Source of the DNA: Minutocellus sp. GHC0000111
Taxonomy: Eukaryota
Direction of reading: 5' to 3'
DNA length: 64,000 nucleotides
Assembly: GCA_977018835.1 (NCBI GenBank)
Contig: OZ361259.1
Location: 1,736,001-1,800,000, forward strand
Shown here piece by piece: positions 1 through 13,574 of the stretch. The notes below the pieces were generated by a model. The model saw only the letters and a list, made by a program, of their open reading frames with translations, did not search any database and was not told the origin of the DNA. Every line of letters starts with the position of its first letter. Positions within the stretch are counted from its first letter, which is position 1. The translations under genes were made by a program, and so were the position numbers.

Positions 1-1538
1 ATGGACTCCGTCTCCAAAAACGGCTGCCATGAGATTATTCCCCAGTGCAACAGTATTGAGTGGGAAAGAAGATATAACATTCAGCGCTGGAAATCCTAAA
101 ACAAACATTGACATTGTCCGAGCCCACCATGCCACATTGATCCACATCGATGGATCATTTGGGCTTGGACCTCCACTACCTCCTACATAGGTGGACCAGT
201 TGAGGTTCGAAGCCTGCTCAATCGACGATCCAAAGTAGGTTGTGACGCTATACCCCAGCAACCAAAACAAAACGCCAGTGATGAGAAATGTGTCCTTGAA
301 AATAGAGCTCAGTTTCGTCTTGTCGTGTACAGGCTGAGACAGTACCGGGATGGCTGCGTGCATGATGGAGGTGAAAACTAGAACGCTGAACGCCGTATAA
401 AATCCGTCGAACTTGAACATTCGCGTCGGTTCGGCGGCTCCATCTGGCATATTGGTGAAATGTACATTATTTTCGTCGTCGATGGCCACCAAAGAAGTGA
501 TAATCATGACAAAGATAATGAGAAACCTGCAGCATGAATACATGACGTGGAACATAACCTGCTCTTTGAGCTCGAGACAAGATAGAGGAATGACTAAAAT
601 CGCGTAGACAAGGGCGTAGAGGGTGTAGTCTGCTTCGTAGTGGTTGCTGAACGGCAGTGCCAAGGCCAAAGATGACGCAAAGACCGAGGTGAAGCCCCAA
701 AGGCACCCATAGATATCCAAGGCGATGGATATCACATATGTCTTCTCTCCCCATGCGCCGAGGAATAAACGACAAAGTGCCGTAATCTCGAATTTTCTCT
801 GTTTGACGACGAGACGAGATATTGCGCTGCATGTTGATGAGCTCGCGGTGCCCTTGTAATCCTCGACATGCCTTCTGCCGATTATTATAGGCGGTCTGGG
901 CTCTGGCTCCTGGTGGACTTCCTCATACTGGTGGTGATGGGCATAAACTTCAGCAGGCTTTGTGTGCTCGATAGCTTCTTCGAATGTCTCGTAGCAGGGG
1001 TTGACCCACGTCGATCCATAGTAGTCGGTGCCGTGGTTCCTACTGTGTTCGTGGTGGGCATGCTGATGTTGCTGATATCCACTGTCAGCACTGTTAGCAA
1101 CTTGCTCTGACGATAGTAGCGACGATTCCTCGTCGATGACCTGTGTCGACTTGGTGTCCTCTTCTTCTGAATCTTCTTCTGTGTCGTCAAGGTCGTGATC
1201 TTCGACTACGTGGAGTTCAACTAGCTCCTCGGCGATTGCCATGCTCTCCAGCACATAGTTTTTGGTGATATTGCAAATGAGAATAACGACGGCCATCGTG
1301 AGGGTGCTGAGAATGATGCCGCCGGTGTAGAATGCCCACGCTGAAGGTACATGTAACATAAAAGTAGGAGGGGGAAACATGAGACACATGTTACAAATCA
1401 TCAAAGAATGCCGATGGCACTGCAATCAGACTTACGGATCGTGAGAAAGCCTGTTCCAACAATATAGTTCAAGGTAAAGCATATTGCGGTAGGCTTGGAG
1501 AAGCCGGATCGATGTTTTTGGTCGGCGTGTTCTCCCAT
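1..1538 (-). CDS. Amino-acid transporter family (Aa_trans/TMEM104-like) membrane protein, 3'-partial; exons 1538-1436 and 1340-<1
   Basis: Hand translation gives MGEHADQKHRSGFSKPTAICFTLNYIVGTGFLTIP/WAFYTGG (N-x-x-x-G-T-G-x-L-x-x-P signature), then KFEITALCRLFLGAWG, IPLSCLELKEQ and FPALNVISSFPLN with many TM helices. GTAAGT...TTCAG intron 1435-1341 keeps the frame. Missing from the ORF track because it runs off the window. Confidence 0.85.
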
Positions 1539-1571
1539 GTTACTCTACTTTGGTATTGGAAGAGAAAGGAA

Positions 1572-1623
1572 GATGGCGAGAGAAAAGTGCCTGCCGCGAT
1601 GGCGAGAGAAAAGTGCCTGCCGC
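1572..1623 (+). repeat. Perfect 26-bp tandem duplication just upstream of the transporter start
   Basis: gatggcgagagaaaagtgcctgccgc at 1572-1597 and 1598-1623. Confidence 0.95.
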
Positions 1624-1877
1624 AAGAGAGCGTCTAAAGTTGGCAGATCTTAGCAATGAGGTGCGCTTTTTATCGCTGCGTAGCTGTCCAAGAGCATCTC
1701 AGCTGGCACCGACCGTCGCGCATTTTCAGAGCGCCGGCGGGTTCTCGTTGGGGGCGGGCGGATGGATGGATGGGTCGGGTGGCCCTGCGAACCCCGACGT
1801 GCGTCTGCGAACCTTCCAAAATCTCGTCGCCGACCTCTTGGCGGTCGGATGGAATCAAGAGGCGGAGAGATGACGTC

Positions 1878-2052
1878 TAGCTAGTAGCTAGCTAGTAGCT
1901 AGCTAGAACTAGTAGATCTACCATATTGCAGCGCAACTTCACTTGACAATCAAATATAGATCTAATTAGATCTACAGGTAATACATTCGTTCGGTCAATG
2001 CAAAAGAGAAATTGCACATCGTACCGGTAGATCTCTAGAATCTAGGAATTCC
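1878..2052. repeat. Low-complexity tract of TA-flanked palindromes (tagcta, tagatcta, taccggta)
   Basis: ctagctagtagctagctagtagctagctagaactagtagatctac...tagatctaattagatctac...taccggtagatctctagaatctag. Confidence 0.8.
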
Positions 2053-4706
2053 TAAACATGGTGCCCGTCGTAGTGATATCCAGCCAAGTGGTGAGCAGCC
2101 AGATGACCACCAAGAGGAGGTGGGTTGGCGTGGTGATGATGAACATGGCCGGCCATGGCAAGGCCGACAGCAGCATTCATGTTAGCGGCGCCTACTGCAC
2201 CGGCACCGACGTGTTCATGGTGATCTCCACCGCTTCCACCGATCTCGCCGGCCTTCCTCTTGCCCTTCTTGGCGTCGAAGAGGAACCCAGCATCGGCCAA
2301 CTTGAGAGCCCTCTCGTGCGTCATGGCCGTCTTCTTCCCCTCCTTGAGCATACGATAGCCGTTGCGCTGGGCGTGGACCCAGTAGCCTGCGTTTTGATAG
2401 TTCAATATATGTGGGAAATAACAGTATGGTGAGATGAAGGTGCAAGGCGTTTGGGATCAGGAGGACAACGAAACAAATTTACCAAGTACATGCAAAACAC
2501 ATGCAAAACATAATTGATGTCACCTACCAAGCCCAGGATAGTGCTGCGGGACGTTGCAGTGGCCAAACTCCTCGCGGTACGCCAGCAGGTCCTGGAAGCG
2601 CTCCTCCCACGTCTTGGTCGGGCCCCGCGGCACGACGTGCCGCTTCCCGGCCTCGAAGACGAAGCCCAGCTCGAGCAGGTCGTTGTACCGCTCGTCGGTC
2701 ATGTTGGACGGCTCCCCCGCCATGCGGCGGCGGTGCGACTCGCGCTGGGACTTGACGAAGCTGCCCAGCTCGGGGTGGTTGACAGGGATTTTGAGATGGC
2801 CATTTTCGGCCTTGAAGGCGCGGAGCTGCTCGAGCCGATCGGGCCAGCTCAGATACGACGATCCACGGGGGGCAAAGACGAAGCCGGCGTCCTGCAGCTT
2901 CATCAGCTGGTTGGTCGTCAGGTGGCTGTGCCGGTCCTCCTTGAGGAGCTTGTACTCGTACCGCTGCTTGGACACCCACTTGGCCAGCTCGGACTTGTCC
3001 TGGGAGTTGACGTTGGGATGGCCGTGCTGCTCCTTGAAGGCTAGGAATTCGGCGTACATGCGGTCCCACTCGGCCTTCTTCTCGGCCGACAGAGGCTTGG
3101 GAGGGCGTTTGCGCAAGTGCTTGGCCTTGCGCTTGTCTTCTTCCGTGAGGGAACCGCGGGGTGCCCTGCCAGGATCACCACTGCCAGCACCGCCAGTACC
3201 ACCAGCCGCGGCGGAGGCGTACGCCACGTCCATCTTGGGCAGGCCGATGGGCATCGGGGCCGTGTCCCAATCGAATCCGATGCGCTGCAAGCGGGCAATC
3301 TTCTCCTCCGTCATGCTCGACTTCTCCCCCTTCTGGTACAGCTTGTACTCGGCCCGCTGATCGGCCATCCACCGGCGCAGCTTGTCGGCCGAGCTGCGCT
3401 TGTGCTTTTGGTTCGTGCCTGCTGTATCGTCGTCCACCTCCTCCTCGTCGTCGGGAAAGAGGTCGGAGGGGTAGTTGTCGGGGGTAATCTTGAAGTCCCC
3501 GGTGCGTTCCTTGAGGGCGACGGTCTTCTGGTACTGGTCCTCCCACTGCTTGTAGGGTTTGCGCCGCTTGGTCTCGGGGGCGTAGGTCCGGCCGGTCGAT
3601 GCGGCTGTTGGATATTATTTGAAGTAGGTAAGTAGGCAGATGTGAAGGTGTCAGAGATATGCACAGAAATGAGAACAGAACAAATGAGTGAGGTACGCAT
3701 TCCCTTCTCAGTGTAGCATGCAAGCAAACATGCCAATCATTTCGCAATCGGAACAAAGCAAATCGCAGCACAGACTAGCAACAAGGCAAAGTCAAAGTAT
3801 TATTCGTCACGAAAGCAGCTTCCAGTCCACGTACAACCACCGGCACCACCCTTGTAAACGGCGGTGAAGCCACTCCCGGCACCGTTCTCGCCATCTCTCT
3901 TCTTTCTCTTCTTCTTCTTCCGGCTGATGACGACGGTCCCCCTCGACGCGTACACGATGGCCGACATGGCGTCCGAAAAAGATTGGATGGTCGAAGCCGT
4001 TTCGGCACCTTCCCCTTCGGCGGCGGCGGCGGCAGTAGAGGTAGAGGAGGCAAACGTGGCGGCATACGCCTCGGCGGCGGCCTGGGTGGGGAAGATGCCC
4101 CAATCGGACACGTCCGAGGGCGACTCGGCCGGTCCCATCGGTGGGCGGACGGCGAAGAAGCTGTGTGAAATGATGTCAAATAAGTATTGTGCAGGGAATG
4201 AATGGGAGGCAAGTTGGAGGGGGGAAGAACCCAAGGGTGAACGAAGAGAATCAATGTGATAATGGGTTTCGGTACAGATGTTTGTTGATCGATGCATGGC
4301 ATGTAAAAAGTAAAAACGAGCATAAAGAAGAACTGCAACGCCCAAAACAGGACGGGGTGCGAAGCGGCATATGATGATGACATGATGGGACGCGACACGA
4401 CGGGAAGAAGGGAACGTACCTGACAGCCTGCGCGGGAGGAGCAGCGGGAGGAGCGGCGGCTGCCGCAGCTTCGGCCGCGGCGGCCGCGGCCGCGGCACCC
4501 AGAGGAGGCATCCCACCGTCGCCGCCATCGTCGGCCACCGCCGCCGGGGGGAGGGCCGGTATCTCCACGTCCATCATCGCTGCTTCACCTGCGGCGGTTG
4601 ACGATGCTTCGGCGGAAGCCTCGTGCTGGTTCTCGTTTGCAACGGTTGAGTCCTGGGCGGCGGCCTCTGCAAGCTGGGGCGCTCCGGCTCCGGCTGGTTC
4701 GCTCAT
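2052..4706 (-). CDS. Helicase-associated (HA) domain protein with four HA repeats, ~674 aa; exons 4706-4420, 4160-3835, 3604-2528, 2386-2052
   Basis: Four W..(Y/L)..L..FK...GH..V...L..WV..QR..Y.......L...GF.(W/F) repeats, e.g. TWEERFQDLLAYREEFGHCNVPQHYPGLGYWVHAQR...LADAGFLF. Three GT-AG introns join in frame (2025 nt). Confidence 0.9.
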
Positions 4707-5276
4707 CTTTCTCGACTCCAACGCTTATTATACCTGCTAACACGGTGGTATCTTCTTCGTGGGATGGGTATCCAACAAATTTGATCGTTTGACTCCGCGA
4801 TAGGGATGGTCAAATAAATGCCGTCGGGTCAATAAATTCTCATGATTGTGGACCGTTTCCTTGGTGCCGAATTTTGCCCGCGTGCGTTGCAATTTCAACC
4901 GTCGCATCATCCGGGTTCTTCCTAAAACCTCTCCTTTGTTGTGTAAGTTTGGCAGTGTTGGGTAAATTTCCAAGATTTGGGGAGTGGAAAACGAAATACA
5001 GGTAATGGTCGTGGTGTACTGCAAATGTGTGGTCGGTTTTTCTTTTCGAAAATCTCTTGCCTCGTCCCCGCCAAAATCTCATCATTTCACATGCTCCATT
5101 CCAAAGAAGAAGTCAATCTGCCAATCGTTATTGAGCGATTGAGCGATATACCACCACGCCACGAGAATTCGGTAGCTAACTGAAGCAGCAGCGCAACCTG
5201 TCGTCGCTGTCGGTCGTTCGTTTCGTTTCGCCGATCTTCTATTCGTTGTGCCGGTGGGTATTCGACATCAGCCGGC

Positions 5277-5329
5277 GAGAGAGAGAGAGAGAGAGAGCGG
5301 CTACTTTCAGTAGTCAAGTCAAGTCAAGT
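5277..5329. repeat. (GA)n and (GTCAA)n microsatellites in the divergent intergenic region
   Basis: About 10 GA units, then gtcaagtcaagtcaagtc. Confidence 0.9.
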
Positions 5330-5585
5330 CCGTTGGCTTTCTTTCGACTAGCTAGACTACTGCTCCCTTCTTCCTTCGGCCGTTGCCTCTGCTCTCTCTT
5401 TGTGTATTGAGAGAGCGACAGAGAGACAAAGAGAGCTGCACTGAAATCCAATCGAGGTTGTCTGCCTGTGCCGTGACTGCTGTTTTTTTGCGCTGTCGCG
5501 TCGCGCCGGTATTGATACTGTATTTCCGGCAGCATTTCATTCATATCATTGATTTTCGTCGGCAGAAAAGTCGGCTCAGCAAACC

Positions 5586-8500
5586 ATGGTCCGCCTCGGC
5601 TCCTCCTCTTCCTCTTCGTCCTCCCGACGATCGTCTCGCCAGAGCGGAGGCGGCCGCAATAGTAGCGGCGGCAGCAGCAGTGGCAGAGAAAGAAGTAGCA
5701 ACACCGGCAGGCCGCGGCTGGCCAAGTCGGGCAAGTCGCGCAACCTCCTCCTCGAGCCTACCTACAATAACACCAAGAAATCGTCCAAGCCCACCAAGAG
5801 CAACAGCAGCAAGAACAAGAACGGCACGGGCAATCCGAGAAAGGAAGCAGCGGCAGATCCAGAGGCAGAGGTCGATCTGCACGCCCTCCGCCGCCTCCAC
5901 CGGCACGAGCGCACCCTCGACATTCCCACGACGTTGTCCATCGTCCCCTTCCCCTCGACTCCGTACGTCGACCCGACCCACCTCGATCACAGCGCTGGCA
6001 TGACTTCTGGTACGACCACTACTAACATGAATGCCGTGACCCACAAGACGCCCTACGGCGGCAGAATGATCGCCGGCACCACCGCCGAGCCCACCCCAGG
6101 ACCCACCGGGCGGATGCGCCGGGCCGACGCCGGACACACCCCCGGGGGCATCTACCTCCCGCCTGCGTTGCTGCCTTCCACATCGGCCACCATGGGTGTC
6201 CACACCCACCTCCCCACCGTCCCATGGGACGATGGGGTGTCCCCCCTGGCCTTTGGGGCCGAGGCCCGGCCCGTTCGGACCGAGCGGGAGCAGCAGGCTA
6301 TGGAGGAGGAGGAACGACGAATGCGAAAGGAGAGGGAGCGCCGGAGGGAAGCATTGCTGGAGTACGACGAGAACGGCGGCGGCAGCAACATCCATAACGA
6401 GGAGGGTGGTGGTGGTGGTGGCATGGCGAAAAAGAGCAATGACAAGATGAAGGGCCAGAAGAAGAAGGGCAACAAGGGACGCAGGGGCAAGAGCCAAAGA
6501 CGGAGCAAGAGTGGCGGCGGTCAGAAGAGGAGCGAGGCCTACGAGGTCAACGCCGACGGCCTTCTCGTGGTCAAGTCGAGCAAATCCAGCGATAGTGGTG
6601 GTGATAGTTCTGGCTCTGGATCCGGCCCGGGTACCTCCTCCGGGGCCACCAAGTCCAAGAGCAGGGCCAGGTCCAAGGCCAAAGCTGGAAAGAAGAAGAG
6701 CAGCCTCCGCACCCTCGGCAAGGCTGGCATCAGGTCCCTCCGTCGTGGGGGTGCCAAGTCCCGAAAGGCAACCATAGCGGCCGCCATCGTCGTCAAGACC
6801 AAGGTGGTTACGGCGATGAATCACGGCAATGATGGTGACGACGACAACGACAATGATACCATCCGAAGGTCCAAGAGTAATGACGGTAGCCTCAAGACCC
6901 CCGCCATGCCCGCCGAGATGGCCCGTCGTGTCGACGACGGCGAGGCCGTGGCTCCGTACTCCACCCTCGCCCCCACAGCCACCACTAGTACCTCCCACAC
7001 CCCCGTCCGCCATCCTCGTCAGCCCGTACCCCTCCACAACTTCCGCCGTCTGTCCATGATCGACGCCTCCGAGCAGAACATTCCCACCACCGTCAAGCGT
7101 CGGGTCGCTGCCGCCAAGGCCAAGGCCGTCGCAGCTGGAAGTGCCGGCATCGCCGCCGGTGCCGTCGGTGGCAGCGCCGCGGCCACCCTGGCCTACGAGG
7201 GGGCTCGGGTCGGTGGAGCCCGAGTGATGGGCAGCGCCAAGAAGGTCGGACGGAGCGCCACCAAGAGCATGGCGCGGTTGCGCCGACGGATCGTGGACAA
7301 TGTCAATGCCGCCGGTTATGCCGTAGAGCGTCGTGAGTTTGGCACCCTGAACATGTATTCGATGGTTTCTGCTTTTGCTTGTTTCCTTGGTCGGTCGTTG
7401 CCAATTGTCTTCCATTTCGTTATACTCGTTTTACTCACACTTCTTTCTGCTGATTCGTCGTCATCATCCTAGGCCTTTTCGGAGACGATGGCGAGGAAAT
7501 CGTTGACATCGACGTCGACGAGATGGCTGAAGATATCGAGGAGGAGGTTATTACCAACGACTTTTGTTCCTACGGCCCCGACGACGAGGACGTTGGATCT
7601 CTCGTCGGAGGCGGTGGTCGTGCCATCGGTGCTACCAGGAACCCCGAAGGTCCCAAGGTTGATCTGTCTGCCCTCAACGATACCTTCACCACCCTCGATC
7701 GATCGGTTGCTGCCGCGGGTGGCAAGAATAATGACTTCTCCATCCTTTGGGGGGCATCTGAACCACCCACCACGACCAAGAGTAGTAGCAGTGGAGAGAG
7801 CGATAGTTTGGAAGGCACCCGCATGATCTCATCGGCCGCCAATGCTGATGGGGAGGATGGTGCTGGATTCTTCGACGGCATCGAGGAGAAGGTTACTAGT
7901 ACCACTGCAGATGCGGCCAAGGCGGCGATGCCAAGGGAGGAGAGCTTCACTTACAGCTACTCTCCGTTCAACGATACGCTGCGCGCTGATGGCAATGATA
8001 AAATGCAACAGTCAAAGGCTGGAAATGATCTCAACCTAACTGGTTTCTTGGAGGAGCCCTTCCGCGGTACCGGCAGTGGCGAGGATAGCAGCGAGAATGA
8101 TGATGACGAGAAAGTGGACGACGACGTATCTCCCGAGTTCACTCCGTTCGTTGCCAACGTCAACTCGAACGGCGCCGAGGCTGCTTCCACCAACGATGAG
8201 AGCATGTCGATTGCCACGCCTGCAATCCATTTGTGCCTTCACTTTGATACCGCTTTGTCCATCAGCGGTAAGCCCAAGGGAGCTTCCGTCGGTCGCATGC
8301 CCTCCAGCGCGACCCTGTCGTCTGGCAGCTCACTCAGCTCTGGTCGGCCTCCAATGGCAAGGCTATCCACTGGACGTCGATCGATGTCTTCCGGTAGCCG
8401 AGTGTCGTCCCTAGAATCCGTGCAGTCGTCGGCTGCCTCTCAGACAATCTCCCTCATGACTCCCATGGATAAGCATGCAGTCGCAGGATATTCTGCCACG

Positions 8501-10909
8501 CCCCTACGGACGGCGACGAAAGAGGATATCAAGCCCCTATTGGGTGATTTGGAATCGCCCATGAGTGGTGCCTCTGAGCTCCTTCTTCCTTCTCCTTCTC
8601 CCGAGAAGAACAAGAGTGCTGCCGTATCGCTTTCGTCTACAAGTGGCCATTCTCATGTCGGTGCGGAGGAGGATGTGTCCGCTTTCATTGAAACTGTTGT
8701 ATCTGAGCTCATTGAAGAGGATAAGAAGGAAGCGAGCATTATTGCTGCTGCGGAGAATGAGAAGGAAAGCATAGGTCCTCCGTCTCTTATCAATAGCGAT
8801 GACGACGATGATGTGGCGTCTCGATCGACCTTGACTCACAGCATCGTCTCAGCTGGAGCAAAGCAGCAAAAGCCAGTTGGTAGCCATGCTGTTGTTGTCA
8901 AGGAAGATACCAATGCAGAAAAGGCCACCCAGATGGTTGTAGCCACCACCGGGGGCAGCTTTGCTCTCATTCCATCAACGTATGTCTTCACCCCCATTGA
9001 TCAGCGTCAGCCAGCCCTCACCAAGGAGGCAATGCAGAATGCTTCGTTCTTGTTCTCGCCCAACAATATGGGTCGAGTAGCTATTCAGAGAAAGATTGCG
9101 GAGAAGAAGGCAACCAGGAAGCAACGTTCTGCACTCGAGAAGTATAGTGCTGGTCTTCGAACATCAACGGAACAGGCGCGTATTGGATACTCTCGCGATT
9201 CTTTCCCAGTGACTCTTGGTGATGCCGGTAGCGGCAGCAAGGACTCCCCATCTGAATGCTCTTTGAGCAGCATTGGTACTGCGACTGTGTCGAAGCCACA
9301 ATCCGAGGCCCATGTTTCATTCCGCGTCAGCCCTGAAAGTGCCGTCGCCACGCCTGCTCCGCATGATGAGGATGCTGTCTCTGCCCATGCCGAGTCGACA
9401 CCGCAGCCTATCGTTAGCCCATCGGAGTCGGCGGTATCATCGACATCGTCAGTGCCAACCAAGAGTATGGTGGATCAGTCGGCGGTGACCCCATGGAAGA
9501 CCTCGTCTCCTTTTACGCGCTTCAATAACGCCAAGAAGATCTTTGGAAAGGAGAAGAAGGGCGGGGAAAGGATTGAATCGCTAGTTTCATCCGACGAGGA
9601 CGATGCCAAGCAAGAGGCGAGCGAGGCAAGCAGTACCTTTTCTGATAATGTGGCGTCTGAAGGTCACAATCACAGCGAGGCCCCCGATGACGAGCTGGAG
9701 TCGTTTGTGTCAGCTATTTCTCATGTGACTCCTTCCCTCGTGGCTGATGCAGAAGCCAAATCTCCGGCAGAGGAGGTCAAGACCATGGTTGCGGAAAGTG
9801 CCGTCACACCGTTCAAGACCAATTCGCCAGCCATCCGATTTCACGAGAATAAAAAGAAACTGCAGAAGGCCACTACAGATCAGGCTCAGAACCCAGTACC
9901 GAAGCTGACTACCATGACGAGTGCTACGTCTCATGCCGGTCGTCTCCGTCGCAACAGGATGGTCACCCGTAAGAATCCAAGACGCGAAACAGGCGGCAGC
10001 GGAGTATTGGCTCCTCATCGGTCCAACTTGGTCAATCCCATGTTTGCTTCGCAGCCTCTGATTGAGGACGAGGTTACTGTGTATTCCGAGAATCCATCGG
10101 TAGTACCGTCGGTTCAGCAATCTTTGGTTACTGGTGATGAAGAGCAGAGCACGATCTCTTCCGTCTTGTCGATTGCGAGGGAGTGTGTGGCCCTCTCGTC
10201 GGCGAGTGTCGTTAGATCTGTGGCCGCGGCCGAGTCTCAGGAGGATTCTGATAGCGACGATGCTGAGGATGACTTCTCGCTTGCTCTGAAGTCGACTACT
10301 TCCACTGTGGCGACCGCGAAAAATGATAGAAGATTGAGCAAGGACAACAAGCAGAGATCTGTTCGATTGTCGGCCAGTACGAGGGCGGCGGATGCGGCGA
10401 AGAAGCCAAGCTGGGCTGGGGCGAACTCAAGCAGGAGTATTGTTTTGGCCGATAGCTTTGACGAGGAGAGTCTTGTTTCTTCGCAGTATACCGCTGATAA
10501 GGAAAATGTACTGACAACTCCAAGTCAGCCAAGGCTTGCTCAAGGCCGTACTGGCCTGGTCGATCCGAGACGGCAAGCAGGAGAATCAAGAAATCCGGTA
10601 GTTGGTAACGCCGCGCTTTGCCTGAGTCCATCGGCGCGTACGCCTTTTGAGAGCTCAAAGTGGCGCGAGCTTGCCCAGAACTCGGCCAACTCGAAGACTT
10701 CCAAGAATTCTTCGGCAAAAAAGCTCCTCAGTAGCGGGAAGAAGAGGTTGTCCTCTTCTTCCAAAAAGAAAAGACTTTCCTCTTCCCAAAAGAAGAAGGC
10801 GCATACCAAGCACACTCCAATGAAAATGAAGGCTCAGCTCATCCAGACTGGCAAACATACCCCACTTAGGATCCACAGAGATAACTGGGAGAACAAAGTG
10901 AATGTATAG
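5586..10909 (+). CDS. Large Ser/Lys-rich, probably disordered protein of unknown function, ~1727 aa; exons 5586-7332 and 7473-10909
   Basis: The 628-aa and 1128-aa ORFs are joined in frame by intron GTGAGT(7333)...CCTAG(7472), giving ...YAVERR/LFGDDGEEIVDIDVDEMAED. No recognisable catalytic domain. Confidence 0.8.
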
Positions 10910-11051
10910 ATGTAGATAAAAATCACATTTCATCCGAACTAAAGTAGAAATAACCCCATGTACTGTACATATATAGATTTCTTTCCCCGCCCAACACTAT
11001 TTTATTCCTATTACGATCGTATTGTTTTCGTTGCGCTGTCCAGCAAAGACA

Positions 11052-12343
11052 TCACATCTTACGTTCATAGAACATTGCAGGGATCCAAATCAATCCCAGT
11101 GTCTTCCAGCAGCTCAATTCGATGGTTATATTTCACCAATGCCCCCTTGTTCTCCCGAACATACTTCTTGTATTCCTCTCTGGCTACCAATTCATTTGAA
11201 TAGCCCACTTCCGCTCGTTTTGACATTCACATGGCCGTTCATTTCCTTGTGCTTCCTCAGCACCTCAAACTGAGCCTGCCAATTAGCCTCGTATACATCC
11301 CAACATAATCCAATCTTGTTCAATTTCTTCCTGCGGGGTTCCGTCATGCGGCACGAGCCCGTTCCATTGTAAGCCTCCCGTTGCGTCACGCACCATTTGT
11401 TGAGTTTTACTACATGTAGTGGATGGTCTGTTGGTAGTCCTGAAGTGTCAATGATGGTCGTGCCGTGCTTCTTTTGATACCTGCCAGCTTCTGGTACATA
11501 TCACCCCACTGTTTCTCTTTCAGCTTGTTGCCACCAGTCTGCCGACCACCAACCGCGAGTGCGTCGACTTGGCGCTGATGAGCCGCCCGAGCCTCCTCCT
11601 GCGTCGTCTGCTTCTTGGAGAGTGGCAGATCAGAACCTCGACCAATTGCCTCCTGTCGTTGCCCCAAAAATCAGCCTACGCGTTGTATGGATACATGCAT
11701 TTACCGTCGCTGCAGTAGCATTAACTTTTTCTTACTATATTTACAAAATGAAATTTATACCCGTACCTGCGCCTATACGTATGAAGATGGCGACGGAGTC
11801 GGGTCACATGGAGGTAGGGTTGGGCTCCTGTGTTTTATATGGCGCTCCTCGATGATAAAGTTCGCTGTTTCTCGGGAGGAGCACACACGACAAAGTTTGA
11901 TGACTCGTCGTGCGGATTGCTTTTTCTCCTGGTTGGAGGATGAGTACATGTAGCTTCATCTATGATTCTTCCTCCTGCCGAATCGACGCTTCGGCCTCCT
12001 CCTCCTGGAGTTCTCGCTCCACCTCGCGGAGGATGTCCGCTGCGATTGCCAGGGAGTGAACCTCGGACTGACGGGGGGCGGGGAAACAACCCTTGGCGCC
12101 CTCGTGGTGCCGAGCATTGCCACCGCGACGGGCCCGTCGTGGCTGAAGGACCCTCCTGGTGGATGGCTCATCCCTCAGAGGCTCGTAGTGATAGATTGCC
12201 GGGCGGCTAGCACCGGTGGCAGTGGGAGGGTCAATGCCGGTAGACGTGACATTTGTCGCCGAGGAGACAGACACGGTGGGGTTTGATGCGGCTCTTGAAA
12301 TAATTGCTTGACGGACGGAAGACGATGGTGGCGGCGAACGCAT
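11052..12343 (-). pseudogene. Degenerate HA-domain gene
   Basis: QWGDMYQKLA/(frameshift ~11482)YQKKHGTT...KLNKWCVTQREAY...LNKIGLCWDVYEANWQAQFEVLRKHKEMNGHVNV...LFK*IGSQR...RIELLEDTGIDW. TGA at 11192-11194 occupies a conserved Trp position. The 5' part has further stops and its boundary is uncertain. Confidence 0.75.
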
Positions 12344-12943
12344 GATTGCTGCTGGTTGGTGTGGAAAGACAAGAAGAGATAGAGACGAGAGGGGCGACGA
12401 CGACGATTGACTCGGTGTTCTTGGATGCTTGGATGCTTGGATGCTCGCTCAATTGATTGGTTCTAGGCAGTTGATGCTGCGGTTTTGCTTCTGCTTTTGC
12501 TCTGAAAAGTGAGATTGTGCGGTGTTCTTGCTGCTTCTACGTAGCTTCCCGTCCATTCCCCCGCGTGAAATGAAAAAGAGAAACTGGTGCAGCATTATTT
12601 CTTTCGTCTATTGCTAACCAGGCCTACTGGCCACTGGCCTACATGTACTTGTGTTGTAACTAGGCCTACTAAGTACATACGTCATTTTCTGTGCTCATAT
12701 ATTATAATGATAAAATTTTCAGTATCATAAGACATTTTTTTTGTGCTCATGTAATACATGTAATGAGAAATTTTTAAGATCATAAGATCATTTGGCGCAA
12801 ACTGGTTCGGCGGAGAAAAAATTGGCATGTGTGTAAGAGTCTGTTTGGACTGAAAAGAAATTGAAGAAATGTCTTCCCCTTTCGCGGCTTTCTTCAATCA
12901 AGCCCATCCAGGCCTACTTTCAAATCGACGGCCTACATATCCA

Positions 12944-13160
12944 TGCCGTTATGTCAGAAGGCGAAACTCACGTCATTGGAAGGCTTGTAGTAGAGAAACA
13001 GCCTACTTTCTAACTTGTTCCCACTCGACGGCAGCCAGTCGACGGCAAATCTCGAAGTCAGCCTACACGTGCCGTTGTGTCAGAAGCACAAAAATTGGCA
13101 ACATCAGCAATGCAAAGGGGGAGACCCGTGTTTGACATAATTTTCCTCAAAAAACCCTCA
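12944..13160 (+). repeat. Dispersed degenerate repeat, copies 1 and 2 (core gccgtt[a/g]tgtcagaag)
   Basis: Core at 12944-12960 and 13068-13087. The second copy continues ...gcaaagggggagacccgtg...aaaaccctc, as does the copy at 14424-14518. Confidence 0.7.
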
Positions 13161-13574
13161 AACATCATCTGCGACTTGCATGAATGTGTGCACGCGCGGC
13201 ACAGGACTAGCAGCATCAGCTTTTCCCCCTGCTATGTCATCCACCTCGCGGAGGATGTCTGCCGCTGTTAACAGCTAAGGCAGTAGGTTGCTAGCTAACT
13301 TTACCGTAGTTACAGGACTACCAGGACAAGTGGTGGCCATTGCTAGGCAGGCCTCTGCCGCAGCATTGATTGATGGTGAACTCGTTTTCCGTAAGATATC
13401 TACATGCGTACCTTGGTCGCACCTCGTATCAACACACCCTCGCGGGTGCAGAGATCTGCCGGAAGATCTTGTCTGAATTGCTCCGCTGATGCATTTTTGG
13501 GAGGAAAAGGCCTTTTTTCTCGTTGCCTGAAAGTTTGGTGTCGTCAGCTAGCTGCAAACTTGATTTTCGGCTTG

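Noticed and set aside
1572..1623. CRISPR-like array
   Set aside because: Two adjacent copies with no spacer, in a eukaryotic context.
5541..7415. 624-aa minus-strand ORF
   Set aside because: Antisense shadow of the GC3-rich plus-strand gene; no motifs.
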